Positions 53,036 to 61,141 of a stretch of DNA of 64,000 nt are shown piece after piece. Origin of the DNA: Candidatus Kapaibacterium sp. (lineage in GTDB: Bacteria > Bacteroidota > Ignavibacteria > Kapaibacteriales > UBA2268); contig OY762428.1 of NCBI GenBank assembly GCA_963665665.1, positions 3,744,001-3,808,000 of the forward strand. Direction: 5' to 3'. The translations under genes were made by a program, and so were the position numbers. Positions within the stretch are counted from its first letter, which is position 1. Every line of letters begins with the position of its first letter. A model generated the notes under the pieces. The model saw nothing but the letters and a program-made list of their open reading frames with translations. It had not been told where the DNA came from and ran no database searches.

Positions 53036-53308
53036 GTAACTCTGAATTTTCCTTCATCCAGATGCCACGTAATTTTTCATGCCACAGTTTTGATTATAAA
53101 CAATACTATCTGCTCTCTCCCAAACACACGCAGTGTGAAACCCTCCCCAAAGAGAGGGCTTTGAAGAAGAACAAGGCGGCAATGGATTCAAACATTGGTG
53201 AAATGCTTCTGACCAGGAGGTCATTGCCTTCAAACAATGGGGGATCGGCCTTATACAAATATTTTTCGTAATATAATATTATTACAATAAGGATAAACTA
53301 AATTTTCT

Positions 53309-53348
53309 AAAAAGAAAAGATCTTCCAGGGGCTTGCCCGGAAGATCTG
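53309..53348 (-). terminator. Terminator of the Rieske/cytochrome operon
   Basis: AGATCTTCC...GGAAGATCT stem; minus strand continues TTTCTTTTT. Confidence 0.7.
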
Positions 53349-53375
53349 TTAATCGATTAGTCAGAATTTATATGT

Positions 53376-53870
53376 TTAAAAATATATTTCCAGAAGGCCT
53401 GTACCGGCATCAAACTTACTCGGGAATTCTTTTAGCGCTTTTTCGGCGGGGCCTTTGATTGGATTTCCGTGGTCAAATGGATCGAACCTGGAGCCGTGGC
53501 AGTAGCATACAATATCGGTGCGCCCCGGTCGCGGCAGACGTAAGTCGTCGCCGAAGCAGTTGGCGTGAGTGCAAAGCGAGGAGAAACATGCAAAAGCATC
53601 ATCGGCAATACGAACGATTATTATCGGGATTCCAAAGTTTACATGAGTCCATCTTTGAATCACAGACCCTCCAATCCGGGCCAGTGTTTCTTCGGGGTTT
53701 GTATCGAATTCCACCATTCCGCCGGTCAGTCCCTGGTTCTTCTCCCTGTCGAACTCGCAGGAAACCAGTCCGCTGACGGCTGCAACAGTTGCCGGGCAAA
53801 GGCCAAGCAATGCCAGGCCTTTTTTCATAAAATCCCTTCTCTCATCCGATAAAGTTTTATCTCTTTCCAT
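53376..53870 (-). CDS. Tat-exported Rieske [2Fe-2S] lipoprotein
   Basis: ERRDFMKK twin-arginine signal, LVSC lipobox, CTHANC...CYCHGSRF cluster motifs, GPA. Confidence 0.88.
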   Translation of the reverse strand: MERDKTLSDERRDFMKKGLALLGLCPATVAAVSGLVSCEFDREKNQGLTGGMVEFDTNPEETLARIGGSVIQRWTHVNFGIPIIIVRIADDAFACFSSLCTHANCFGDDLRLPRPGRTDIVCYCHGSRFDPFDHGNPIKGPAEKALKEFPSKFDAGTGLLEIYF

Positions 53871-54652
53871 TACCTGCTTACCGCCATTTTCTTAGTTCTC
53901 TTTCTGCCGTCCGCTGTTTCCAGACTAATAATATAAGCGCCAACCTGCAATCCAGAAACGTTAATATCAATATCATAGTTTCCGGAATCAACAAATTTAT
54001 TGCTGAAAACGGTTAAAACCTGATTCCCGATTGAATCGTAAACTTTCAGGGAATATTGTCCGGGAAGTTCCACGCCATAGCCGACGGATGTTGTGTTGCT
54101 GCACGGGTTGGGATAGTTTTGCCGGAGATAAAGCAATCCTTCGCTTTCGTCTTCAATACCAACAAGAACTGCGGGAATATCAAGATACAGGCTGTCGCCG
54201 CCATTCCATCGAACTTCAAATGTCTGCAGGTCTTCGGCTGCAGGCCCGTCCACATAAGTGCCGTCGGCTTTAAAAATTGTGCCGTGGCCGGAGCATTCAA
54301 ACTCGTGGTAAATATCAAGGTCGTAAACCGATTCACCTTCGTGCGGGCACAATGTATAAATGCAGGAATAGTGTTTGCCGTATTCTTCGTAATCAAGTTT
54401 GGTGACGATAATTGGTGCAAAAAAACCATCAGTGATATCGTTTGGAATTTGTATCCTGACAGATCCCCAGACTTCCTTTAGTTCGGGATAATCTTTCAGG
54501 CTGATGTGGTATGTACCCATTATTTCATCTTTATTCTTTTTAAGCGAAGGAGTAACTACTCCTTTCAATATGTGCGGGCAGGCAGGAGTAAATATACTGA
54601 TAGCCAGCATATTTTTCAGGAACTGCCTTCTGCGATTGCTGATGTTTTTCAT
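53870..54652 (-). CDS. Tat-signal Rieske [2Fe-2S] protein with T9SS C-terminal sorting domain
   Basis: NRRRQFLK; CPH-x15-CSGH; GPA; tail QNYPNP...LKVYD..G...GAYII...TKKMAVSR. Confidence 0.85.
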   Translation of the reverse strand: MKNISNRRRQFLKNMLAISIFTPACPHILKGVVTPSLKKNKDEIMGTYHISLKDYPELKEVWGSVRIQIPNDITDGFFAPIIVTKLDYEEYGKHYSCIYTLCPHEGESVYDLDIYHEFECSGHGTIFKADGTYVDGPAAEDLQTFEVRWNGGDSLYLDIPAVLVGIEDESEGLLYLRQNYPNPCSNTTSVGYGVELPGQYSLKVYDSIGNQVLTVFSNKFVDSGNYDIDINVSGLQVGAYIISLETADGRKRTKKMAVSR

Positions 54653-54672
54653 TTATATTGCCTCGATAAATA

Positions 54673-55743
54673 TCAAAAATTATCTGTTGGTTTTTTAAAT
54701 TTCTTATTTGCAAGGAACTCGTGGTCAGTAAGTGATTTCAGGAAAGCAACCAGGTCTGCTTTTTCCTGTTCGGTCAGGTTCAGGGGCCTCATCAGCGGGT
54801 CGCGATTGAAGAAGGGCTTCCCGCCCCTGTTATAATGGTTAATAACGTCTTCGAGTGTTTCAAGGTCTCCGTTGTGATAGTAGGGCGCTGTCATTTCAAT
54901 ATTTCTGAGCGTGGGGGTGATAAATACTCCCCAGTCCTTGAAATTCATTGTTTTATAATACCTGCCTTTATCAAAATAATGTGTTGTAACACCGGTATTA
55001 TGGAATTTCATATCTGTAAAGAATATTCCCGAATGGCACTGCGAGCAGTTGGTTTTAGTAGTATCAAAGTACAGTTTCATCCCGCGTATTTCGGATTCGT
55101 TCAGAGCGGCCAGGTCTCCGCGCCTGTATTTGTCATAATCAGAGTTGCCGGAGATAAGAGTTCTTACAAATGTTGAAATTGCCAGGGATACATTAGTTGC
55201 CGTCGGTTTTGCCCCTTTGCCGAAAGCTTTTTCGAACATGGAGGGATAAAGCGGATGTTCGGACAACCTTTTTTCAATTTCATTGGTATCGGCGCCCAGA
55301 ATTTGGTTCAGCCAGAGGCTTCTGTAGGCAGGCCCTTCAATTCTTCTGCCACGTCCGTCCCAGAAAAGCTTATCCCTGTAGGCAGCATTTATCAGGCACA
55401 TGGCATTTCGCGGTTCCGGTTCAAGCTCATTTGCCCTGCTCACAGGTGTGCAGTCCGAGAAAGAATACTCAGGCTTCATACAATGAGAGCAGGATGGCAG
55501 ATTCATGTCGCGGGAAAGCAGTTTTTCATAAAAAAGCCTTCGGCCAAGTTCAGCTTTTTCCTTTGTAATTGGATTGTATTCCGGTTGTGGAACGGGCGGA
55601 AAATCTTCCGGTACAGTCAAAAAGCCTTCTTTCTTTTCAGTTTCCGACTCAACAATGGAGGAGCATGAAAAAGATGAAAGAAGAGCCGTAAGAATTATGA
55701 GAATAGAAAATTTATATATTAGAATCGATTTATTACTGTTCAT
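54673..55743 (-). CDS. Diheme cytochrome c peroxidase/MauG/MbnH-family lipoprotein with atypical first heme motif
   Basis: FSC lipobox; LGRRLFYE..LS; CSHCM; FWDGR; CSQCH; TPTLRNI..TAPYYHNG. Confidence 0.88.
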   Translation of the reverse strand: MNSNKSILIYKFSILIILTALLSSFSCSSIVESETEKKEGFLTVPEDFPPVPQPEYNPITKEKAELGRRLFYEKLLSRDMNLPSCSHCMKPEYSFSDCTPVSRANELEPEPRNAMCLINAAYRDKLFWDGRGRRIEGPAYRSLWLNQILGADTNEIEKRLSEHPLYPSMFEKAFGKGAKPTATNVSLAISTFVRTLISGNSDYDKYRRGDLAALNESEIRGMKLYFDTTKTNCSQCHSGIFFTDMKFHNTGVTTHYFDKGRYYKTMNFKDWGVFITPTLRNIEMTAPYYHNGDLETLEDVINHYNRGGKPFFNRDPLMRPLNLTEQEKADLVAFLKSLTDHEFLANKKFKKPTDNF

Positions 55744-55955
55744 TTCGTTCACCCGGCAGTTATTATTATTCCAGAGTAAATATATTCATTAACCTAATCA
55801 AAAAATGTTCATTTCCAAAGCAATACTTTTATCGCTAAAAGTAATGTTTAGCTTTCTTTCCTGTTAATAATAACAAATGTAATTAAAGAAAATTACAATT
55901 GAAATATTTTTATTAATTTATAATCCAGTTTTGTGTAATTAACAATATAAAAGAT

Positions 55956-56495
55956 ATGAAAAGCTTTAATAAGATCATAATGCTTGTTTTTGTGGCAATG
56001 GCGCTTTTGGCAGCCTGCGATGATAATGATACGGTGGAAAGAGCCGAATACGTTACTATGGATGAATTACTAAAATTACCCGGTTACGAGTGGGTAACCT
56101 ACGAAATGAAAGACTATTCCCCCGATCCTGTAATGGTTTCGGATATTGCCGAGGCTTTTGATATCAACCGGCACAGATTTCTTTTCTTCCTGAAGCCCGG
56201 ATGTACCTGCATCGATCCTGAAGTTCCGCTGGCATGGATGTTTAAAACCCTTGATGAAGCTGATATCAGTGATTTTTACAGGGAAATCTATATTATGAAG
56301 GATAAAGATATCGAGCATCCCTATCAGGACAATTTTCAGTTGAACCGTGTGTCATCATATTTGCTTATGGATATGACAGATACAACTGTAATTCTATCAC
56401 TCAGGGATACAATCGATCAGATAATATTTTACTCTCCTGACAGCCTTAAGTATTTGAATATTGAAGAATTGGTTCTTCACGCTCTTCAAAAATAA
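55956..56495 (+). CDS. Lipoprotein, possibly thioredoxin-like fold
   Basis: LLAAC lipobox; FLFFLKPGCTCID at the position of a Trx active site. Confidence 0.5.
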   Translation: MKSFNKIIMLVFVAMALLAACDDNDTVERAEYVTMDELLKLPGYEWVTYEMKDYSPDPVMVSDIAEAFDINRHRFLFFLKPGCTCIDPEVPLAWMFKTLDEADISDFYREIYIMKDKDIEHPYQDNFQLNRVSSYLLMDMTDTTVILSLRDTIDQIIFYSPDSLKYLNIEELVLHALQK

Positions 56496-56517
56496 GTTTC
56501 ATGTTTCGGATAATGTT

Positions 56518-56925
56518 ATGAAGCATTGGTTAGTAAAATCAGATCCCGACAGTTATGGCTGGGAGGAAATGAAAAGAGACAGAAAAACCGATTGGGACGG
56601 GGTAAGAAATTATCAGGCAAGAAATAACCTGAAAGAAATGAAAAAAGGCGACAAAGTACTTTTCTACCACAGTGTTAAAGATAAAACCGTTGTTGGTGTT
56701 ACAGAAGTTAGCAGGGAGTTTTACCAGGATCCCACAACGGATGATGAAAGATGGGTGGCCGTAGAGCTAACGTTTTCGGAAGAGTTTAAAAATGAAGTAA
56801 GCCTGAAAGATATTAAAGGGCGGGCCTCTTTATCTGAAATTGCTCTGATCAGGCAGTCAAGATTATCGGTTATGCCCTTAACAAAGAAAGAATTTACAGA
56901 GGTATGTAAGATGGGTGGTATATAA
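56518..56925 (+). CDS. EVE domain protein
   Basis: HWLVKSDP, WDGVRNYQARN, GDKVLFYHS, RLSVMP. Confidence 0.93.
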   Translation: MKHWLVKSDPDSYGWEEMKRDRKTDWDGVRNYQARNNLKEMKKGDKVLFYHSVKDKTVVGVTEVSREFYQDPTTDDERWVAVELTFSEEFKNEVSLKDIKGRASLSEIALIRQSRLSVMPLTKKEFTEVCKMGGI

Positions 56926-56986
56926 ATTTTATTCAATTATTTTATCTCACAATCGTTTAAAATAATAAAACTTTGGAGTTTATGTC

Positions 56987-57208
56987 ATGACACGTCAGTT
57001 TGGAAGCATTATTAGCAAGGATGAGGATATGTTCGTTGCCTTGTGTCCGGAATTGGATATTGTCAGCCAGGGATATACGATTGAGGAAGCACGGTATAAT
57101 CTGAAAGAAGCAATTGAACTTTTCTTTGAATGCGCTCCTGATAGTGAAGTAAAAAGAAGGATGAAGTCAGAATCTTATTATACCAATATTGAGGTTGAGA
57201 TTGCCTAA
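56987..57208 (+). CDS. hicB: HicB-family antitoxin (short, no DNA-binding domain)
   Basis: FVALCPELDIVSQGYTIEEARYNLKEAIELF. Confidence 0.85.
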   Translation: MTRQFGSIISKDEDMFVALCPELDIVSQGYTIEEARYNLKEAIELFFECAPDSEVKRRMKSESYYTNIEVEIA

Positions 57209-57419
57209 AAGGAAAGTATATTCCGGAAAGGATATTATTAAAATTTTAGAAATATATGGCTTTATTGAAATTAGACAAAAAGGAAGCCATATTGTAATGC
57301 AAAAGTCAACTAAAAATTCAAAAATAACGATACCTGTTCCTGATCATAAAGAACTTAAAGCCGGGACATTGAATTCAATAATCAGACAATCAGGGTTAGA
57401 TAAAAGGATTTTGAAATAA
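57201..57419 (+). CDS. hicA: HicA-family mRNA interferase toxin (TTG start)
   Basis: SGKDIIKIL..GF...RQKGSH...VPDHKELKAGTLNSIIRQ; overlaps the hicB stop. Confidence 0.88.
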   Translation: MPKRKVYSGKDIIKILEIYGFIEIRQKGSHIVMQKSTKNSKITIPVPDHKELKAGTLNSIIRQSGLDKRILK

Positions 57420-57427
57420 TATCCATC

Positions 57428-58084
57428 TCAAAACAAAGTCAGATCGCGGTCAAAATATTTTTTCATGAAAGAGCGGCGGTGTATAGGGCAGAGGCCCAGT
57501 TTATCAATTGCCTCGTAGTGCTTTTTTGTGCCGTAGCCCTTATGCGAGGCAAATCCGTAGCCGGGGTATAGCTTTTCGGCTTCGGTTTCCATCCAGCGGT
57601 CGCGGCTTACCTTGGCAACTATCGACGCCGCCGCAATTGACAGCGATTTCGAATCGCCTTTTTTTACTGTAATATAGGGAATGCCAAAGCCACGAAAATA
57701 ATTGCCGTCAATAAGCAGGCGTCCCGGAGTATCTCTCAGCTGTTCCACTGATTCCCGCATTGCCTGCATGGTGGCGCCAAGTATATTAATATCGTCTATG
57801 GTTTCATGATCAATAAAGCAAGCTGCCCGGTTAGGGAAATTTGCCGTGATAAATTCAAACAGTTCATCCCTTTTTTTAGGGCTGAGCTGCTTGGAATCAT
57901 TTATGCCAAGTTCGGATAGATCCATATCCGGAAGAATAACAGCCGCTGCAACTACGGGCCCGGCAATACAGCCCCGCCCGGCTTCATCCACTCCGGCAAC
58001 GATTTCCCCTTTTTCCCTGTAGTAGGTTTCCAGTTCAAGGTCGGGCATCTGTTTTATTTTTTTTGGCATAGTTACTTTTTTCAT
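57428..58084 (-). CDS. rnhB: Ribonuclease HII
   Basis: GVDEAGRG, DSKQL, LIDGN, KGDSKSLSIAAASIVAK, HKGYGT, HRRSF. Confidence 0.96.
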   Translation of the reverse strand: MKKVTMPKKIKQMPDLELETYYREKGEIVAGVDEAGRGCIAGPVVAAAVILPDMDLSELGINDSKQLSPKKRDELFEFITANFPNRAACFIDHETIDDINILGATMQAMRESVEQLRDTPGRLLIDGNYFRGFGIPYITVKKGDSKSLSIAAASIVAKVSRDRWMETEAEKLYPGYGFASHKGYGTKKHYEAIDKLGLCPIHRRSFMKKYFDRDLTLF

Positions 58085-58095
58085 TTTAGGGGAGA

Positions 58096-58905
58096 TTACT
58101 TCTTATCAAATTCAACAGTCAGGAACCAGCCAACGCGGTTGCCGCCAAGAATATAAGCCGCAACTTTTGCAATCCCCCTGAACAGCGATCCGAAGCGGCC
58201 CAGTTTATCCCAATAGGAAAGTACAGGCTTGATTTTCAGATTTTCAATCGGCTGTCCTTTCAATATTTCAGCTACTTCCTTAGCTGTGTATGCCTTGGTG
58301 CCAATGCTTTCCATGTGGTCCCAAAGAATTTTTGCCAGCGATTTCCAGGGTTTGCCTTTGAGCAGGGCATGTTTCATCCAGAAAAAATATGCAAGCAGAG
58401 AATGGCGGTGATAGACCATTATCTTGCACTTGCCGCCGGGCTTGCAAACCCTTACTATCTCCCTGAAAGCTTTGGGTGTATCCGGCGTATGGTGAATAAC
58501 GCCCCAACTGTAAACCAGGTCGAATTTATTATCCGGGTATGGCAGGTTTTCGGAATCGCCAACCTGGAAGTCCTCGGCCTCAAGCCCGTATATTGACAGG
58601 CGGTGGCGGACATGTTCAACTGCCTCGGGCGTAAGGTCAATCCCGTGAGCCCTTGCCCCGGCCCTTGCCCATTGAAGGAAATCAGTTCCAGCGCCGATGC
58701 CAACTTCAAGCACGTCCTGTCCGCGAAACCGGGTGAACTGTGCGAATGAAAATATTTCGGGTTCTCGCAGGTAGCGTTCCCGTTCGATATCCTCGAAATA
58801 CTGCTTAGTATATTTTTCCTTATCAGTAACGTATGTTCCGCAGGCTTCATTGTTCCAATAATCCTTTACCTGCCCCTTCATATTATCATTTTTTTGAGAA
58901 CTCAT
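58096..58905 (-). CDS. Class I SAM-dependent methyltransferase
   Basis: VLEVGIGAG, GDSENLPY, FDLVYSWGVIHH, KPGG. Confidence 0.9.
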   Translation of the reverse strand: MSSQKNDNMKGQVKDYWNNEACGTYVTDKEKYTKQYFEDIERERYLREPEIFSFAQFTRFRGQDVLEVGIGAGTDFLQWARAGARAHGIDLTPEAVEHVRHRLSIYGLEAEDFQVGDSENLPYPDNKFDLVYSWGVIHHTPDTPKAFREIVRVCKPGGKCKIMVYHRHSLLAYFFWMKHALLKGKPWKSLAKILWDHMESIGTKAYTAKEVAEILKGQPIENLKIKPVLSYWDKLGRFGSLFRGIAKVAAYILGGNRVGWFLTVEFDKK

Positions 58906-59009
58906 TTTATTCAGCCGATTTTTTTAATTATTTTCGCTATTTGTTTTTGTCAACGTGGCAAATTTAATAAATATCAGGCAAATATCCGGCAGTAAGCAGG
59001 GGAATAAGA

Positions 59010-59423
59010 TTGGCAGAGAATCTTTTAATATTATTAAACGGGCGTGCTTCGGCAGTTCTTGAAGCAAACGGGCTTGATCTAGCGGATTTCGAAGTGATAA
59101 AACTGGACGAAAAACTGCTGGCCTCGCCGGGCTATATAGTTAAGCTGATGAAGTCAGGAAATTACAAATCTGTATATTTTGGATGTATTGAACTTCAGCT
59201 TCAGCGCTTTCATATTTTCATGAAGTTATATCTCTTTCTTTCAATGATTATGAAAGGCGGGATTATAGATGAAAAAGGAGATAAAAACCTTTATTCAACC
59301 GGCAGGCTATTTTTTGTTGAATTGCCCAAACTAATTTTTGAAGTTGGCGCGAGTTTCTTTGCAGTAATTTATTATTATATCAAATATCCGGTTACAAAAT
59401 GGCTTTACCTGAAAAATCGTTAA
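59010..59423 (+). CDS. Hypothetical protein, C-terminal hydrophobic segment
   Basis: 137-aa ORF with TTG start overlapping the GT4 start; no family recognised. Confidence 0.55.
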   Translation: MAENLLILLNGRASAVLEANGLDLADFEVIKLDEKLLASPGYIVKLMKSGNYKSVYFGCIELQLQRFHIFMKLYLFLSMIMKGGIIDEKGDKNLYSTGRLFFVELPKLIFEVGASFFAVIYYYIKYPVTKWLYLKNR

Positions 59424-60592
59424 AAGGGCTGTTCCAGAGAGCAGATTTTTATGGTGCTGCTACTGAGGGCGGTATGGGATCAATGCACCTGGGACTTCTG
59501 AATGGCTTCCTGAAACTCGGGCACCAGGCTGTTTTTGCTTCCTGTGGCCGTATGAAACTTCCCGAGGGAGTGAAATATTATTTCCTGCCTTATAATAATA
59601 TTTACCGCAACTTTCCCGAAGTGCTGAACCTGGCTTACAACAGGCGCTCGGCCAAAATTATGAAAGATATTATCCGCAAAGAACAACCGGATTTTATTTA
59701 CCAGCACCATGCGGATTTTAGTTTTTCCGGTTCCAAACTGAAAAGGGATACCGGACTGCCTTTCTTCCTGCAATGCGAGGGCGTGCAGCAATGGGTAAAA
59801 AAGAACTGGGGAAAACTATATATGCCCAAACTGCTGCGTATTGCCGAGCAGACCCAATGGGAAATGGCCGACGCAATATTTGTAATCTCACAAAAAGTGA
59901 AAGATATGATGGTGGAGTACGGCGCAGATGCCGATAAAATCCACGTCCACCCAAGCGCTGTGGATCCCGATCAGTTTACACCAGAGGTGGACGGGGAGTG
60001 GGTAAAGAAAAAATACCGCATGGAGGATAATTATATAGTCGGTTTTACAGGTACATTTGCACCCTGGCACGGTATTGAGGTTCTTGCTGAATCCGTGAAA
60101 CATATTATTAAACATATTCCGAACGCTAAAGTCCTGCTCGTGGGCGACGGGGAATTAAGGCCGAGAATAGAAGAAATAATAAAGCGCGATAATGTAGAGG
60201 ATAAAGTTGTTATAACCGGCGTTGTTCCATACCCGACTGTTCCCAACCACCTGAAAGCCTGTGATGTGCTTCTTTCGCCTTGCGTTTCTAATGACGATGA
60301 ATCTGGATTTTTCAACAGCCCGGTTAAATTGTTCGAATATCTCGGTATTGGTAAACCTATTATTGCAACAGATGTCGGTCAGCAGGGCGAAGTGATCATA
60401 GACAACGACAACGGCCTGCTTATCCCTGAAAAATCTCCCGGGGCAATAGCCGAAGCTGTTTATAAAATTTATAAAGACCCTGACCTTTCGGTAAGGCTAT
60501 CTAAATTTGCTAGGCGTGCCGCCGTTGAAAAATATGACTGGAAGGTAAACGCAGCTCATGTTATCGAGATTTATAATAAGATAGTAGCGTGA
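59399..60592 (+). CDS. Glycosyltransferase family 4
   Basis: GT-B fold motifs GTFAPWHG, LVGDG and SPVKLFEYLGIGKPIIATDVG. Confidence 0.92.
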   Translation: MALPEKSLKGLFQRADFYGAATEGGMGSMHLGLLNGFLKLGHQAVFASCGRMKLPEGVKYYFLPYNNIYRNFPEVLNLAYNRRSAKIMKDIIRKEQPDFIYQHHADFSFSGSKLKRDTGLPFFLQCEGVQQWVKKNWGKLYMPKLLRIAEQTQWEMADAIFVISQKVKDMMVEYGADADKIHVHPSAVDPDQFTPEVDGEWVKKKYRMEDNYIVGFTGTFAPWHGIEVLAESVKHIIKHIPNAKVLLVGDGELRPRIEEIIKRDNVEDKVVITGVVPYPTVPNHLKACDVLLSPCVSNDDESGFFNSPVKLFEYLGIGKPIIATDVGQQGEVIIDNDNGLLIPEKSPGAIAEAVYKIYKDPDLSVRLSKFARRAAVEKYDWKVNAAHVIEIYNKIVA

Positions 60593-60639
60593 GAGAATTT
60601 CTTAATTTGGTAAGGTAAATATCAATAATCAATTAATTA

Positions 60640-60846
60640 TCAGTCTGTTGTTGATTTCTCAATGGCATTGAATACTGATTTTACAATTTTAGGATGTAAT
60701 ATTTTTCCGGAATGAAAAGGAATCACAATTTATATATTGTTTTTTCCAAAAATTTTATGGCTTCCTTTTGTACGAATAAGAACAAATCCTGCTTTCAATA
60801 ACATTGATTCAGCGATTGCAGCAGTGATTCTTGGCAACTTAGGCAT
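60640..60846 (-). pseudogene. hicA: HicA toxin with in-frame nonsense codon
   Basis: MPKLPRITAAIAESMLLKAGFVLIRTKGSHKIFGKNNI*IVIPFHSGKILHPKIVKSVFNAIEKSTTD*; TAA at 60730-60732. Confidence 0.85.
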
Positions 60847-61066
60847 AATCCAACTCAATGTCTGAAAGTATTATCCTTTTCTTTCCAAGGCTTCTTTTTT
60901 CTTCTTCAGTGAGAGTTTCAATATATAGTTCAGCAGCTTCTTTAATATTTAAATAAGCTTGCTCATAGGTATCCCCCTGAGATTGGCATCCGGGCAATTC
61001 AGGGCAATAAACATAGTAGCCGTTTGTTTCGTCATTTTCGAAAATAATATTAAACCTGTAAGTCAT
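60839..61066 (-). CDS. hicB: HicB-family antitoxin (short)
   Basis: GYYVYCPELPGCQSQGDTYEQAYLNIKEAAELY. Confidence 0.88.
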   Translation of the reverse strand: MTYRFNIIFENDETNGYYVYCPELPGCQSQGDTYEQAYLNIKEAAELYIETLTEEEKRSLGKKRIILSDIELDYA

Positions 61067-61141
61067 ATTTTACCTTGTTTACTATTATGATATTGTTGTC
61101 AATTATATTAACGTTGCTGGATAAAATTTTATAATAATTTC

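Noticed and set aside
53062-53271. 69-aa ORF after the hybrid kinase
   Set aside because: No family motif in either orientation. It contains a CCCTCCCCAAAGAGAGGG hairpin typical of intergenic repeats and is likely a decayed spacer.
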